A stretch of 63,987 nt of DNA, filler included, from Salisapilia sapeloensis CBS 127946 (lineage: Eukaryota; Protista; Oomycota): the NCBI GenBank assembly GCA_023334545.1. It is 6 parts of 6 records of this genome, joined end to end, with 100 filler letters (N's around TTAATTAATTAA, not from the genome) between each part and the next. Parts side by side here need not be neighbours in the genome. Positions count along the whole stretch, not along the records: positions 1 to 10,935 come from JAADVB010000439.1; positions 11,036 to 28,931 come from JAADVB010000330.1; 4 more parts are not named here. The stretch is one strand, 5' to 3'. Shown in pieces: positions 1-11,476 of the stretch. The notes under the pieces were generated by a model. The model made no database searches and was not told where the DNA came from. It saw nothing but the letters and a program-made list of their open reading frames with translations. Every line of letters starts with the position of its first letter. Position 1 is the first letter of the stretch. The position numbers and the translations under genes were made by a program.

Positions 1-385
1 CATATTACCCGCTCAATATTACCCGCTTTTCTGCTCGACATACATAGTCTTTTCTATTCTTGCTTGCTTTTGGTTATGCTGCCAGGTTGACTTTTAGATA
101 CAGTGGAAATTGCCCTCGAATAATACCATGATTTCTCATCTCCTTTCCTTATGGCCATGATACATAGATATTGCTGGAAAATGGACGGGGAATTTTCCAA
201 ACCCTGCCGGAGACTCCTTCATCTGTCAATCGCACGTATAAGAAAATAGAATCGAAAGTCCCATAGGCTCTACGCCTCTAGGTAGTCGACAATCGACCTA
301 GAACATTTTCCAGTCGTACATCTATACAAACGATTGGCAAGTGCTAGTCCAAACAAAAATGGTATTGCGAATCTAAAATCAAGTC

Positions 386-2282
386 CTATTTCTTTCCTTT
401 TCCCTTTCCTTTCTTTCCCTTGGACGCTTCCTCCTCCTTCTTCTTCTTCCACGCCAGCTTCTTCTGCTTGGCCACCTCCTTCTTCTCTCTCTTCTCCGTC
501 GCCTTCTTATCCTCCGGCTCATCATCACTATCCTCCTTCACCTCCGCATTCACATCCTCCGCAGCCTTCTGTTGCTCCTTCTTCATCTTTCTCTTGGCTT
601 TCTTCGACATCGTCTCTTCTTCCTCCTCATCTTCCTTCTCTTCCTTGCTCTTCTTACCTTCCTCCAGCTCCTCCGGAAGGACATTCGCATACTTTTTCAA
701 CTTGGCGACGAAGAAGCCATCCATATTGTGGACATGCGGGTAAAATCGACGTGTGTTCGTCATGCTCGGATGGAAACGCTGCTGCTGATACCTCGTGAAC
801 CCTTCCTTACCATGCTCCAACCCTTCACAAGGCACGATCTTCACACAACGTTTCTTCAAAGCGTAGTCAATCACCCCTTCATTCTCATCCACCATGACAG
901 AACACGTCGAGTAGAGGACGTAACCACCTGTCTTACTCTTCGCATCAACAGCATCAATCGCTGCAAGCAAAAGTTCCTTTTGCAAGTGACTCATACGCAC
1001 GACGTCTTTAGCTGTCTTTTGCGTCTTAATCGATTGGTCTCGCGAAATCACTCCGAGACCAGTGCATGGCGCATCCAACAGGACTCGATCGAAGCCCTTG
1101 AAGAGTGTCGGGAGCTTCCGGCCATCATAAGCGCACACCGTCGTGTTCTTCACACCTAGACGATGGAGATTCGCAACAGTCGCCTTTAGACGCTGCTTCT
1201 TCAGGTCGTTCGCGACGATCGTACCAGTGTTCTTCATCAACTGCGCAATGTACGTCGTCTTCCCGCCGGGAGCACACGCGACGTCCAAGACGCGTTCATT
1301 CGGCTGAGGCGCCATGGCCATGACTGCACAGATAGAAGACGCAGACTGGAGCATGTAGTGTCCTGCCAAGTATTCTGGCGTCGCTCCAATCGGCACGGGA
1401 CTGTCGTAGATCTTGAGTCCGACCTTGGACCACTTCGCCAATGGATCGAGGTTCACGCCTCGTTGGATCAACGCTTGTGCCAAGTCTCGTCGACGAGCTT
1501 TGAGCGTATTCGTTCGAATGACAAGCGGACGAGGCTGTTCATTCGCTTCGATGAACTCAACGCACTCGGCTGGTGCGAGCATTTGTAAAAACAAATCGAT
1601 CAGTTCTCTGTTGTAACCATAGTAAGACGCCAGGTCCTTTGCCAGAGTCTCCATGTACTCACTACGAGATCGACCTGCTTCTCGACGTTCTTTAAAGTGC
1701 GAAAGAACTTCGACAATGTCTTTAATACGCTGATGGACCTCGGCAGGGTCCGAACGGTTCGCGTCCTCTTCTTCACCGTCAGACGTTTCCAAGTGGTACT
1801 TTTCGTTCGAGGCGATGTGTAGCTGCATCTCTTCCTCGGCGTCAGCAGCTTCCTGCGCGGCTTCTTCGTCGAGCTCACGAGCCTTGCGCTCAATGTCCAG
1901 TTCGTCATCACTGTCACTGTCGTCCATAGCAACGTCTTCAGAGCCCTTGGGCTTCAGCCACTTCTTGTTCGAGTCGGAGAAAGCGACAGGTTGCTCGCCA
2001 TCGTCCGAAGCATCGTCATCCGAGTCGAACAGGTCCGCCTTGTTTGACTCCTCCTGCTCTTCCTCCGCGTCACTTTCGCTGTCGGAAGATGAAAGCTGTT
2101 CCTGCTTCTTCTGTGGCTTGGCCGTCTGCTTTGCAGCTGCCTTGGCGTACTTGTTGGCACCCTTTTGCCCGTTGGAAGTAGCTCTAGTGGTTCATGCGTA
2201 TCAGTTAGTAGACTATTACGAGATGCAGAGAGCGCATTAGCGTATAAAATATTGCATACTTGCGCTTCGAAGCTGGTGGCAT
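386..2282 (-). CDS. NOP2: Nucleolar 25S rRNA m5C methyltransferase (NOP2/NSUN1); 2 exons, intron 2184-2259
   Basis: ORF 386-1927 has DVACAPGGKT (SAM binding), VLLDAPCTGLG and YSTCS (the two catalytic Cys motifs) and a Lys-rich tail. The frame extends upstream through an acidic N-terminus to an AG at 2184; GT at 2259; ATG at 2282 (MPPASKRK). Confidence 0.95.
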
Positions 2283-4344
2283 TGTGATATATCAAAAGAT
2301 GGCTCGGTCGTGGAGCGTGTGCAGCGTAAGGTGCACGAGAAGACAATCTACTGACGCTTAATGGCGTTTATCAGTCGATGGTTTACTGGAGCAGGAGCTT
2401 TATCTTATTTCGACCAATCATGATTTAGTATGTTGAATAACTGCCAATCACCGATTTCCTATGTGATATTCGCACGTTGGGTATGTTGGGTTTTGTTCAA
2501 ATATTCTATTTTTAAAGTGATGATGTACATTGAAAAAGTTTAATTGAGGATGTACGTTTATCATGACAACGAAAATGAACAACAGTACTGTCAAAGGAAG
2601 TATGAGCCATGTCGAAGTGGTATGATGCCCAAATGTCCATAAGCGACGCATAAAGCCATCTTCGGATTGTATCAAATAGATCTAGTATCAACTTCGCTCG
2701 ATAGAAAAGCGAAAGTAGTATTTAAATTAGAAATTGTCGTTACGATAGGGTTTATTTATCTGCATGCCTTTGCAAAAGGGAATATTGATGATGTGAGTCT
2801 GTTTCTTCATGTCTATGAGGCCCTAGACGCAAAATACTTTATCACAGTCACTTTTGGTAATACATCCAGTTGACTTAAACATATAGCATGCACATCACGC
2901 GCTCATCGTGGTTCGAGCTGATCGTCTAAATCGCGTGATAAGAGGTATCATAGACATTTGCAATTCATCCTAAAGTAGTTCGTGCTTGTGACTATTTGCT
3001 TTTAAATAAAGCTATCGTAGAAGCTAAATTGGTGGGGCCTGTCGGTAGCATGATCGAAGAAGACAGTGATGCTCAATGTACATCGTCGAATACTTTGACA
3101 AGTTACTAGCTGCAATTTAGTGCATACGTATATATTGTCACAGTAGAGAGCTACAAAGACATTCTAGGGCGGCATAGCAGTAGAGTTTTCTATAATACTA
3201 AATTAATCTACATCAAGTAGAATGCGGTATTAATGCTCCAGTCGGTTTGACAATATCTCCGTTAACACCTTTTAAGTCAGTACTAAAGCATGAATGATAG
3301 CAGCAGTCTCGACCTCTGGGTATATGACATTCTCGCCAATGGAATAAAGAGAAATGTGCAACACACAAGCATAACATCACCTGCTAGCTTTTTCGTCGAT
3401 CAAGAGGCGACACCCAGTCAAATTTCAAGGGACCCTGACGCGACTCCTGCAACAAGCAGTGGGAGAAGCTACAAAGCACTCAAGGGATCAGGCGACCACT
3501 CTCTGGCTAATGCATAGCTGTCCTTCCAAAGAGACGATACTGCGAGCACTCAAGAACTAGGCATCCTTCAAACATCTTGAATGGCGCATCTGATTAACGT
3601 CTTTCACTGGATACGTGAAGAGATACAAAAATGCAGCCCAGCAACGGATGTGCGCTCAAAAGTCTCACCAACACATTCGATCATTACAAAAGAGCGCGGA
3701 TCCCAACATCGGGAGCTCTGGAATTTTGTATCGGCCTCCCTCCAGTCGAAAGACTGCGGAAGAACCGAGCAACCACATCTCCATATCTCGGAATGGCTGA
3801 GCCCACCTCCGGTGGGCTCCAAGGGTAGTCGTGTAATAAGTAGCTGTTAATATACTTCCGCTCTTGCAATAACACATAAAGAGAAATGTGCATAATAGTG
3901 TATGTGGAAACTCAGAAGCGATGCAGGACCACTCCGGCAATACGCGAGTATAATTGCATTCTTGTAAGCTTGACCTGCCTGCTATGTGCATTTAGAGACC
4001 TCAGCTGTTCTCATCGTTGCGTACATTCCACACCGACTCCATATAAATAACCAAAAAACCAGCAAATAGCCTTGGTAACCTAAACAAAACAAACACTTCA
4101 TCCTTCCCACCTCTTGAATCTCTACTTCCAATGAATCACTATTCGCAAAGAAAGCACAAATATATATATACTATCCCTCCAATCTACTCGAACCATGCTG
4201 TCTAACGCCTGCTTGCACCATGTCTATCCCCGAGAGCTACTCCATCTACCTTCCTCCTTCCCATTTGACTCGCTTAAACTATGATATACCCAACTCAAGT
4301 CTAAATGCCGATCGAAAACAACCAAGGACAGCACCAAAGGAGCG

Positions 4345-6715
4345 ATGGCCGTGATCACGTTCACGCCGCTGTATGGCGTCAAGTCGGAGCATCGATGCTG
4401 TGCCTACTTGCTCGAAGTAGACGAGGTCTGTATCCTGCTCGACTGTGGCTGGACGGACGAGTACGATACGGCATTGCTCGAGCCATTGGCTCGTGTCATT
4501 GATCGCATCGACCTCGTCCTCGTCTCCCACCTCGACTTGGCACACATCGGTGCTCTACCGTACGCCATTGGGAAGCTCGGGCTCAATGCACCTATCTACG
4601 GCACACTCCCTGTCCATCGTATGGCCCAAATCGCACTCTATGACGCCTATCAGGCGAAAACACGAAGCGACGGTGACTTTGATCTCTTTACGCTCGACGA
4701 CGTCGATGCTGTCTTTGAGAACTTCAAGCAGCTCAAGTACTCTGAGAAACTCACACTCACCAGCAGCGGTGAAGGCATCGTCATTACACCTCACGTGGCC
4801 GGTCACTTGATCGGAGGCGCAATTTGGCGCATCGTTAAAGAGACCGTAAGCTTGCTGCGTACGACACTTTAGACGAAGAACTTATACATGTATGGTAGGA
4901 CGACATCGTCTATGCAGTGGACTATAACCATCGATCGGAGCATGTCCTCCAGAAGACGATCTTAGACTCCTTGACGTACACCTCCTTTCTATTCCTAGAT
5001 ACACAGTACACTCATGTAGATATAGACGCCCGACGCTACTCATCACCGATTCAATGAACATGCAGACGGAACAAGCAAAGCGAAAGGATCGAGATAGCAA
5101 GGTGAGTCTATCTTTATACCAGACCCAGTACGCGTCTAACTCGATCTAGATTATGATGGAAGTCATCAAAACCGTTCGGAATGGAGGCAACGTCCTCTTA
5201 CCTACCGACGCCTCTGGTCGTGTCCTAGAACTCCTACGTGTCTTGGATCAATACTGGATCCAGAATAAACTAAAACATCCCATCGCTCTCCTCCACGACA
5301 TGAGCTACTACACACCGAAAGCAGCTCAAGCGATGCTTGAGTGGTGTAACGACAGTATCGCCAAGAACTTTGATGTCGGTCGACAGAACCCTTTTCAATT
5401 CACAAACGTCCATCTCGTCCACACATTTGCCGAGTTGGACGCACTACCAAACCCAAAGGTTGTACTCGCAACTTCGAGTAGTCTAGAAAGTGGTTTTTCT
5501 AAAGATCTTTTCCTTCGTTGGGCATCCGATGAACGCAATTGCGTCATCTTCACGATGTCTTCTCCTCCGCACTCCCTTGCGTCTCGTGTCCAAGCTCTTC
5601 GTCACGATGCACAAGACGATCGATACGTATCGTGCATCGTCAGTCGAAAAGTACCACTAGAAGGCGCGGAACTGGCGCTACATGAGGCCAAAGAACGACG
5701 TCGACAGCGTGTTGAGGCTGAGGCCAAGGCCAAGGAACTAGCCGATGCCGAGATGGAGGACATGATGATGGGGATTGAGGACTATGAGAGTGAAGAGGAG
5801 GAAGGTGCGCAGGACGTCAAGCAGCTGCGAGGTACCTTTAAAGTCGGTCTAGGTCATCTAGCAGACGTCCGACACCCCATGTTCTTCGCGACGGAGCCAA
5901 AGCTCGAGTGGGACGAGTATGGCGAAACGATAGACCCAGAGGCGTATAAAGATAAAGCCACTTTACAGAACGCATCGACGCATGCGCGCCATAAGCGCAT
6001 GAATCATGAACTCGAAGGTGCAGAGACGGAGGAAGAGGATGTCGTGATGGAAGAGCGAGAAGACGAGGATGCGTCTCGACCGACGAAAACGATTTCGAGT
6101 GAATTAACGGTTGAAGTCCGAGCTCGACTCGTGCATGTCGACTTTGATGGTTTAGCTGATGGTCGAGCGATACGAAACTCCTTGTCGAATGTCAAGCCTC
6201 GGAAATTGATCCTGGTGAAAGGTACGAACGAAACGACGGACGAGTTGCATGATTTCGTCGATAAGAATATCCCGATGTGTGAAGCTATCTTTACGCCAGA
6301 CATACTGGAATGCATTGACATTGAAAGCGATACCAACGTATACAAACTCATCGTCAAAGAAGCGCTGTATACGTCCGCGGCATTTAAGAAAGTAGGCAGT
6401 CATGAAGTCGCGTATGTGAATGGACAGATCGACATGAACGGACACAAGTCCCTGCCAGTGTTACAGACACCAGCGGACGGACCGACACCGCATATCCCGG
6501 TCTTGCTTAGTGACGGCAAGACCAAGTTAGATGTGATGAAGCAAGTTCTTGGTCGTGCTGGTTTCCACGCCAAATTCCGAGGCGGTATGCTCGTCTGCAG
6601 TGATGGTGTCGTCCTCAAGCGTGCTCCGAATAACGAGGTCGTTGTCGAAGGCGCGCTGACGCCGAGCTACTACCGCATCCGGCAGCTCCTCTACGACCAA
6701 TTTACACTTGTGTAG
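4345..6715 (+). CDS. CPSF2: Cleavage and polyadenylation specificity factor 100 kDa subunit; 3 short introns between 4846 and 5150
   Basis: MAVITFTPLYG...CYLLEVDEVCILLDCGW, degenerate metallo-beta-lactamase motif SHLDLAHIGALP, GNVLLPTDASGRVLELL, KLEWDEYGE, VDFDGLADGR, C-terminal YYRIRQLLYDQF; canonical GT-AG introns join the ORFs. Confidence 0.95.
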
Positions 6716-6888
6716 GCTATACGACGTTTCCAGATACGCATGGTACTTCCCACCTCTCGATAAGATAACTTGAACACGCACCATTTCGGGACGTTGTCCA
6801 CTTTCACGGTTGATTTGCATGGAAAGTGTCTCGTTTATACTGACAGGTACGGTAGTTGGTACCTGTATAACTGCACCGAATCGACTGT

Positions 6889-7662
6889 ATGGACATAAAA
6901 TTAGTGGCAAGCAGGATGATGCACTTGCGCCGGCCTCTCGTGCGTGCGTTCTCGTCCGCAGCAGCGACCAGTACGTCGTCTGCCCCGACGAACGTACTCC
7001 AGCTGCAGCTGCGGGATGTGGAAGGTTCAAAAGCCTCCCGTCGCTTGCGTAAACAGGGGCTATTGCCTGGTATCATTTACGGTGACGATGGCACTGGTGC
7101 GCCGGAGGACCGAACGCTCGTGACGATCGAGCGTAGGCAATTCGAACGCATTCATCGTAAACTCTGGACGTCCATCGAGAACCACGTTTTTGAGCTACAG
7201 GTGGATGGCAAGGACGAACCGATCCAAGCGCTCATGCGTGACGCGCAGTTCGATCCAGTGACCGATCTTGCCGTCTCGGTCAACTTCCTCCGGTACAAAC
7301 CTGGTCGGAAGGTCAGCATCCCGATCTCGTACTTGAATGAAGAGGGAAGTCCAGGTCTCAAGCGTGGCGGGTACATCAATCCGATCATCCAGGAGCTCGA
7401 GTGCGAGATTTCCACCACACACGTCCCGGAGGCACTCCCCATCGATGTCTTTGGTCTTCACGTCGGTGATAAAGTCTACTTGGACGCGATTACGTTCCCC
7501 GAGGGTGTCAAGCCTCTGGTCAAGGAAGGCAGTATGGTCGCCAAGATTGCTGGTAGAAGACAGCTGATGCCACGGAAGGAAGTCGTGGAGCAGGTCGTGG
7601 AACAAGTCGTAGAGGAAGAGGAGGAGGACGAAGAGTTTGACGAGTGGAACGACATTTTCTAA
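6889..7662 (+). CDS. rplY: Ribosomal protein bL25/TL5/CTC family, probably mitochondrial
   Basis: GSKASRRLRKQGLLPGIIYG, DAQFDPVTD, PGLKRGG, LHVGD motifs; Arg/Ser-rich N-terminal extension resembling a mitochondrial presequence. Confidence 0.88.
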   Translation: MDIKLVASRMMHLRRPLVRAFSSAAATSTSSAPTNVLQLQLRDVEGSKASRRLRKQGLLPGIIYGDDGTGAPEDRTLVTIERRQFERIHRKLWTSIENHVFELQVDGKDEPIQALMRDAQFDPVTDLAVSVNFLRYKPGRKVSIPISYLNEEGSPGLKRGGYINPIIQELECEISTTHVPEALPIDVFGLHVGDKVYLDAITFPEGVKPLVKEGSMVAKIAGRRQLMPRKEVVEQVVEQVVEEEEEDEEFDEWNDIF

Positions 7663-7695
7663 GAAAAGAAAAAGAATGCTTTCTTAGACGAATTC

Positions 7696-8449
7696 TTACG
7701 TGTCTCGAGGTTGGAAGAAGGTCGATGCTTGTCGGGCTGGCGTAGATGTGGATGGCGTCTTTGCTGGTTTCGACGCTTCAGACGATCGCTGTGTGTCTGG
7801 AAAATCTGTTCGGAGCCAGTCGAGCGACGGGGTTGTGTGGATGGCCCGAGACACGTCCGAGTCTCGGATCTGTCGTTTATTACGGAACAAGGCGTTCTCA
7901 TAGCTCTTGTTCCCTACATACTGTGCAAATAATTCCTATCGGCCTGTTAGTACTCATGCATGTAGGTACAAGGTAGAAAATGGACATACAGAAGCTTTGG
8001 CAATGGCCACAAGTGCGTCTTTCGAAACTTTACTCGCGTCCGGATCACTCTGTACGACTTTTCGGACGCGATTTATAGGATAGATGCACGTATTGCTCGG
8101 CTCTTCCTCCTTTTTATCCTCGATTACGACTGGATTCTCAGCCACTTCCTTCTGATACCGTTCTTTGTCTTGTGCCGCCAGGTCGTCATACCGCTATATC
8201 CATTGTGAGGTAAAGTGCTTGTAGACTTTCAATGCTGTATAAAGCTACCTTGCGATCCTCTGGCGTCAGTGCTTTCCACTTGGCACTCAACACCTTTTGC
8301 ACCTCTCCAATAGGCTGTCCTACTCGTACAATTAATAAAAACGCATACACAACGAATAGAAGCTCTGGACCCGGTTGTTCAGCAATCACATCCTTCCGAT
8401 GCTCGTTACAAAAGTGAAAGTACGCGCTCTGCGGACGCTTGATCGCCAT
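7696..8449 (-). CDS. HMG-box plus H2A-like histone-fold (NF-YC/Dpb3/CHRAC-like) fusion protein; 4 exons
   Basis: Spliced model: MAIKRPQSAYFHFCNEHRK...LSAKWKALTPEDRKRYDDLAAQDKERYQKEV (HMG box), then YPINRVRKVVQSDPDASKVSKDALVAIAKASELFAQY...IRDSDVSRAI...LDWL (histone fold). Confidence 0.8.
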
Positions 8450-8642
8450 ACCACCTCCAAGACGTTTTGGCGCCAAACTAGCCTGTCGGATAATCCCACA
8501 TCTTAAGCACACTAAAGCAATCATTTTACAATTTGTTATAAACACGAACATAGGTGTCAATATCTAAAAGCAGTGTGCAATTAAGGATAACATGTACCTC
8601 GGATGTACCACCTGGGTACCACTAGGACACGAACAAGACGAA

Positions 8643-9922
8643 ATGGGGGCGAGCGAGAGCAAGCCGGAGCAGCAGCAGGCTGCGCCTACGGAGAATTCAC
8701 CAAGCACTGAGCGTCAGTATTCGCTCCGGGATGAAGTAACAGGCCTGGTGATTGACAGTTTGATGCTATATGGCATGTTCCTCAGCGCAAAATTCCTCTA
8801 CAAGACGCTCAAGCCAACGATCGACGAGTTCCGACAGGGTGAGAACAGTCGATCGAAGCTTTCCAAGCGTCTCACTCGATCTGGTCGACCGCAGATCTCG
8901 ACAACACACTTTGAAGAAGTCATTGCACAAGACCTCGTTGATCCACAGGATATGGAAGTCCTATTCAGTGACATCGGAGGTCTCTCGCATCAAAAGCAAG
9001 AGATCCATGACCTCGTCATCCTGCCTTTGAAAAAGCCAGAGTTCTTCGCATCCAAAGGCCGGTTGCTACAGGCACCCAAAGGTATCTTGCTCTACGGCCG
9101 ACCTGGCACAGGGAAGACGATGCTCGCGAAAGCGATTGCCAAGGAGAGTGGTGCGTTCTTCATCGACCTCAAGATCAGTACGATCATGAGCAAGTGGTTT
9201 GGCGAGAGCCAGAAGCTCGTGAAAGCCGCTTTTACACTCGCGAGGAAGCTGGCGCCTTGTATCATCTTCATTGATGAAGTCGACTCGTTCATGGGCAAAC
9301 GAGGCGGCGGATCGGACCAGACGTACGCGTACATGAAAACGGTAGACACTAGCCTCCTTCTAATTGCTTTATCTCTACTTATATATAAATCTATCATCAG
9401 GAATTTCTCGCGCTATGGGATGGATTTACGGAGATGAACAGCAGCGACACGAACAATGGCTTTGGCGTCCTGATCATTGGCGCAACAAATCGCCCGGCAG
9501 ATGTCGATCCAGCCTTCCTCCGTCGCATGCCACGTACATTCGAGATCCCGCTACCAGATCGTAGTCAACGGGAAGACATCCTTCGTCTACTCCTTCGAGA
9601 CGAACAAGTCTCGTCGGACTTTAGTATCCGCCAATTGAGCGTCCAGACGGTGGATTATAGTGGTAGCGATTTGAAAGAATTATGTCGAGCTGCACTCATG
9701 CTTCCCTTACGAGAACACCTGCAATCGACGCCTGATAGCCCCATGCGACCTCTTTGTATGGACGACTTTGTCCAGGGCATGAAGATGGTCCAACCGACGG
9801 GCGCGACGGCGTATGATTATGCGACGCAGAATGAAGACGAGATGCCGCAGATGGATATGAATGCCTTTGCGACACTCATGGCTGCGGGAATGCAAAACCT
9901 CATGCAACAACGACGTAGTTAG
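8643..9922 (+). CDS. ATAD1: Membrane-anchored AAA ATPase, Msp1/ATAD1 family; intron 9342-9400
   Basis: N-terminal hydrophobic segment, DIGGL, Walker A GRPGTGKT, SKWFGES, Walker B IIFIDE, spliced MKT-EFLALWDG, GATNRP, AFLRR. Confidence 0.9.
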
Positions 9923-9946
9923 ATCTAGAAACTATCTCTTGTCTTG

Positions 9947-10935
9947 CTATTGCCTTAAAGAAACCATCGTACGTTTGCCGAGACGATAGTGTCCATCGAC
10001 ATGCTTGAGGACACTTGTTCCTTGAAACGTTTCGTTCGCGTACACTCGTACGACATCACAGGAAGGAACACTTGGATCGGGTACTCGGACGGTACCGCCA
10101 ACTTTCCATAGATGCAGCTCGTCTGGAGTCAGCGTGATGAAAGGGAGGTGGTGGAGGATACTATCGGCAGGGGACAGGATTGGCTCATTCGATTCTAGTC
10201 GGGTCTCGATCTCCTCGAGCGTCAAGCTCTTGTCGATGGTGAAAACGCCGCTGCGAGTACGCTGTAGGTGGGATAGTGTACCTCCAGCGTACTGCTGGGT
10301 AGAAGTATAGGACGACGGAAGGTTTATCTTTTCACCACTCTCCCGAGCGATTGACCGAATGTACGTTCCTCCACCACATGCCACTCGGATAGTTGCCTAG
10401 GTCGAATGAGAGAGATGTTTGTGGGAGTTAGAGGTATAGTCGTACCTCAGGGTAGTCTCCAGGTGTAAAGTCGAGGAGATCGATACGATCGATATGCACT
10501 CTTCGAGGTTTGATATGTACTTCCTAATCATGTCTAAGCTGCTAGCAAAGAGATAAGAAGTACACAAGAGACCTACCTGATTGCTACGGACGAGTCGGTA
10601 GAGTCTCTCGCCATTGGACTTGAGGGCACTGATACGAGGAGGCAGTTGGTCGATGTCTCCTACAAAGCTACTGGACATTTAGACACTTGGAAGGCAAATT
10701 ACTGAAGCTACAATACCTCTGTAGGACAGGCTCTAGCATGTCTTTTGTAATCCAGGAAGAAGGCTGCTGAGTTAGGACTTGTCTACACCAATAGTATCGT
10801 CAATTAGACTGTCAATGCTGCCATGACAGACTCGGCGTACCCTGTGATGTCGTCCGAGTCGGTCGTGATACCGTACCGAATGACGCCTTCATACTCTTTG
10901 TCAGTCTTTGCATGCTTCATGCAACAGTAGAAACA
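9947..10935 (-). CDS. truB: tRNA pseudouridine-55 synthase, bacterial TruB type; multi-exon, 5' end lost at the gap
   Basis: Exons give DKEYEGVIRYGITTDSDDITG, QLPPRISALKSNGERLYRLVR, IKPRRVHIDRI, ACGGGTYIRSIARE, GTLSHLQRTRSG. The catalytic Asp motif is not in the window. Confidence 0.85.
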
Positions 10936-11035
10936 NNNNNNNNNNNNNNNNNNNNNNNNNNNNNNNNNNNNNNNNNNNNTTAATTAATTAANNNNNNNNN
11001 NNNNNNNNNNNNNNNNNNNNNNNNNNNNNNNNNNN
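10936..11035. other. Assembly spacer: N run with TTAATTAATTAA linker
   Basis: 100-nt block with the linker at 10980-10991; the same design recurs at four other gaps. Confidence 0.97.
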
Positions 11036-11204
11036 AGAGGACCGTCCGTTCATGACGAAAGCCGTCGGTAACGCAGGCGAAGTTCGCTCTTTCGCCAACC
11101 TCGCCTTCCTCCGCATCTACGACGCTGGGCACATGGTCCCGATGAACCAGCCTGCTGTCAGTCTTGAGATGATCAACACCTTCCTCCGTGGTGACGACTA
11201 CTAA
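11036..11204 (+). CDS. Serine carboxypeptidase (S10) C-terminal fragment, copy 1
   Basis: EDRPFMTKAVGNAGEVRSFANLAFLRIYDAGHMVPMNQPAVSLEMINTFLRGDDY*; AGHMVP is the catalytic His motif. Confidence 0.9.
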
Positions 11205-11476
11205 CTCAATTGCAAGAGATTGTGGATATCTGGTAGATCGTGACCGTAACTACCAACAACAGAGATACTCGCATTGTCATCTACTTATATCGTACGACTG
11301 CAACATCGAGCAATCAGATCGAATGGATATCTAGCTCTGTTTAACTTATCACTGTCTTTGTACCGAAGTGGCATCCCATGGCTGCATATCGGCACCAGTC
11401 TCATCCTATTCGACGTCTAGTTGCTACTTTACTCTTCTCACGCAAAACATATATCGTCACACATCTTGCTACTTGT

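Noticed and set aside
1-30. Tandem atattacccgct duplication at the window start
   Set aside because: Only two 12-nt copies, no context, not a telomeric repeat.
10980-10991. TTAATTAATTAA palindrome at every gap as a biological element
   Set aside because: Identical, centred in 100-nt N blocks and gives stops in all six frames: an artificial contig linker.
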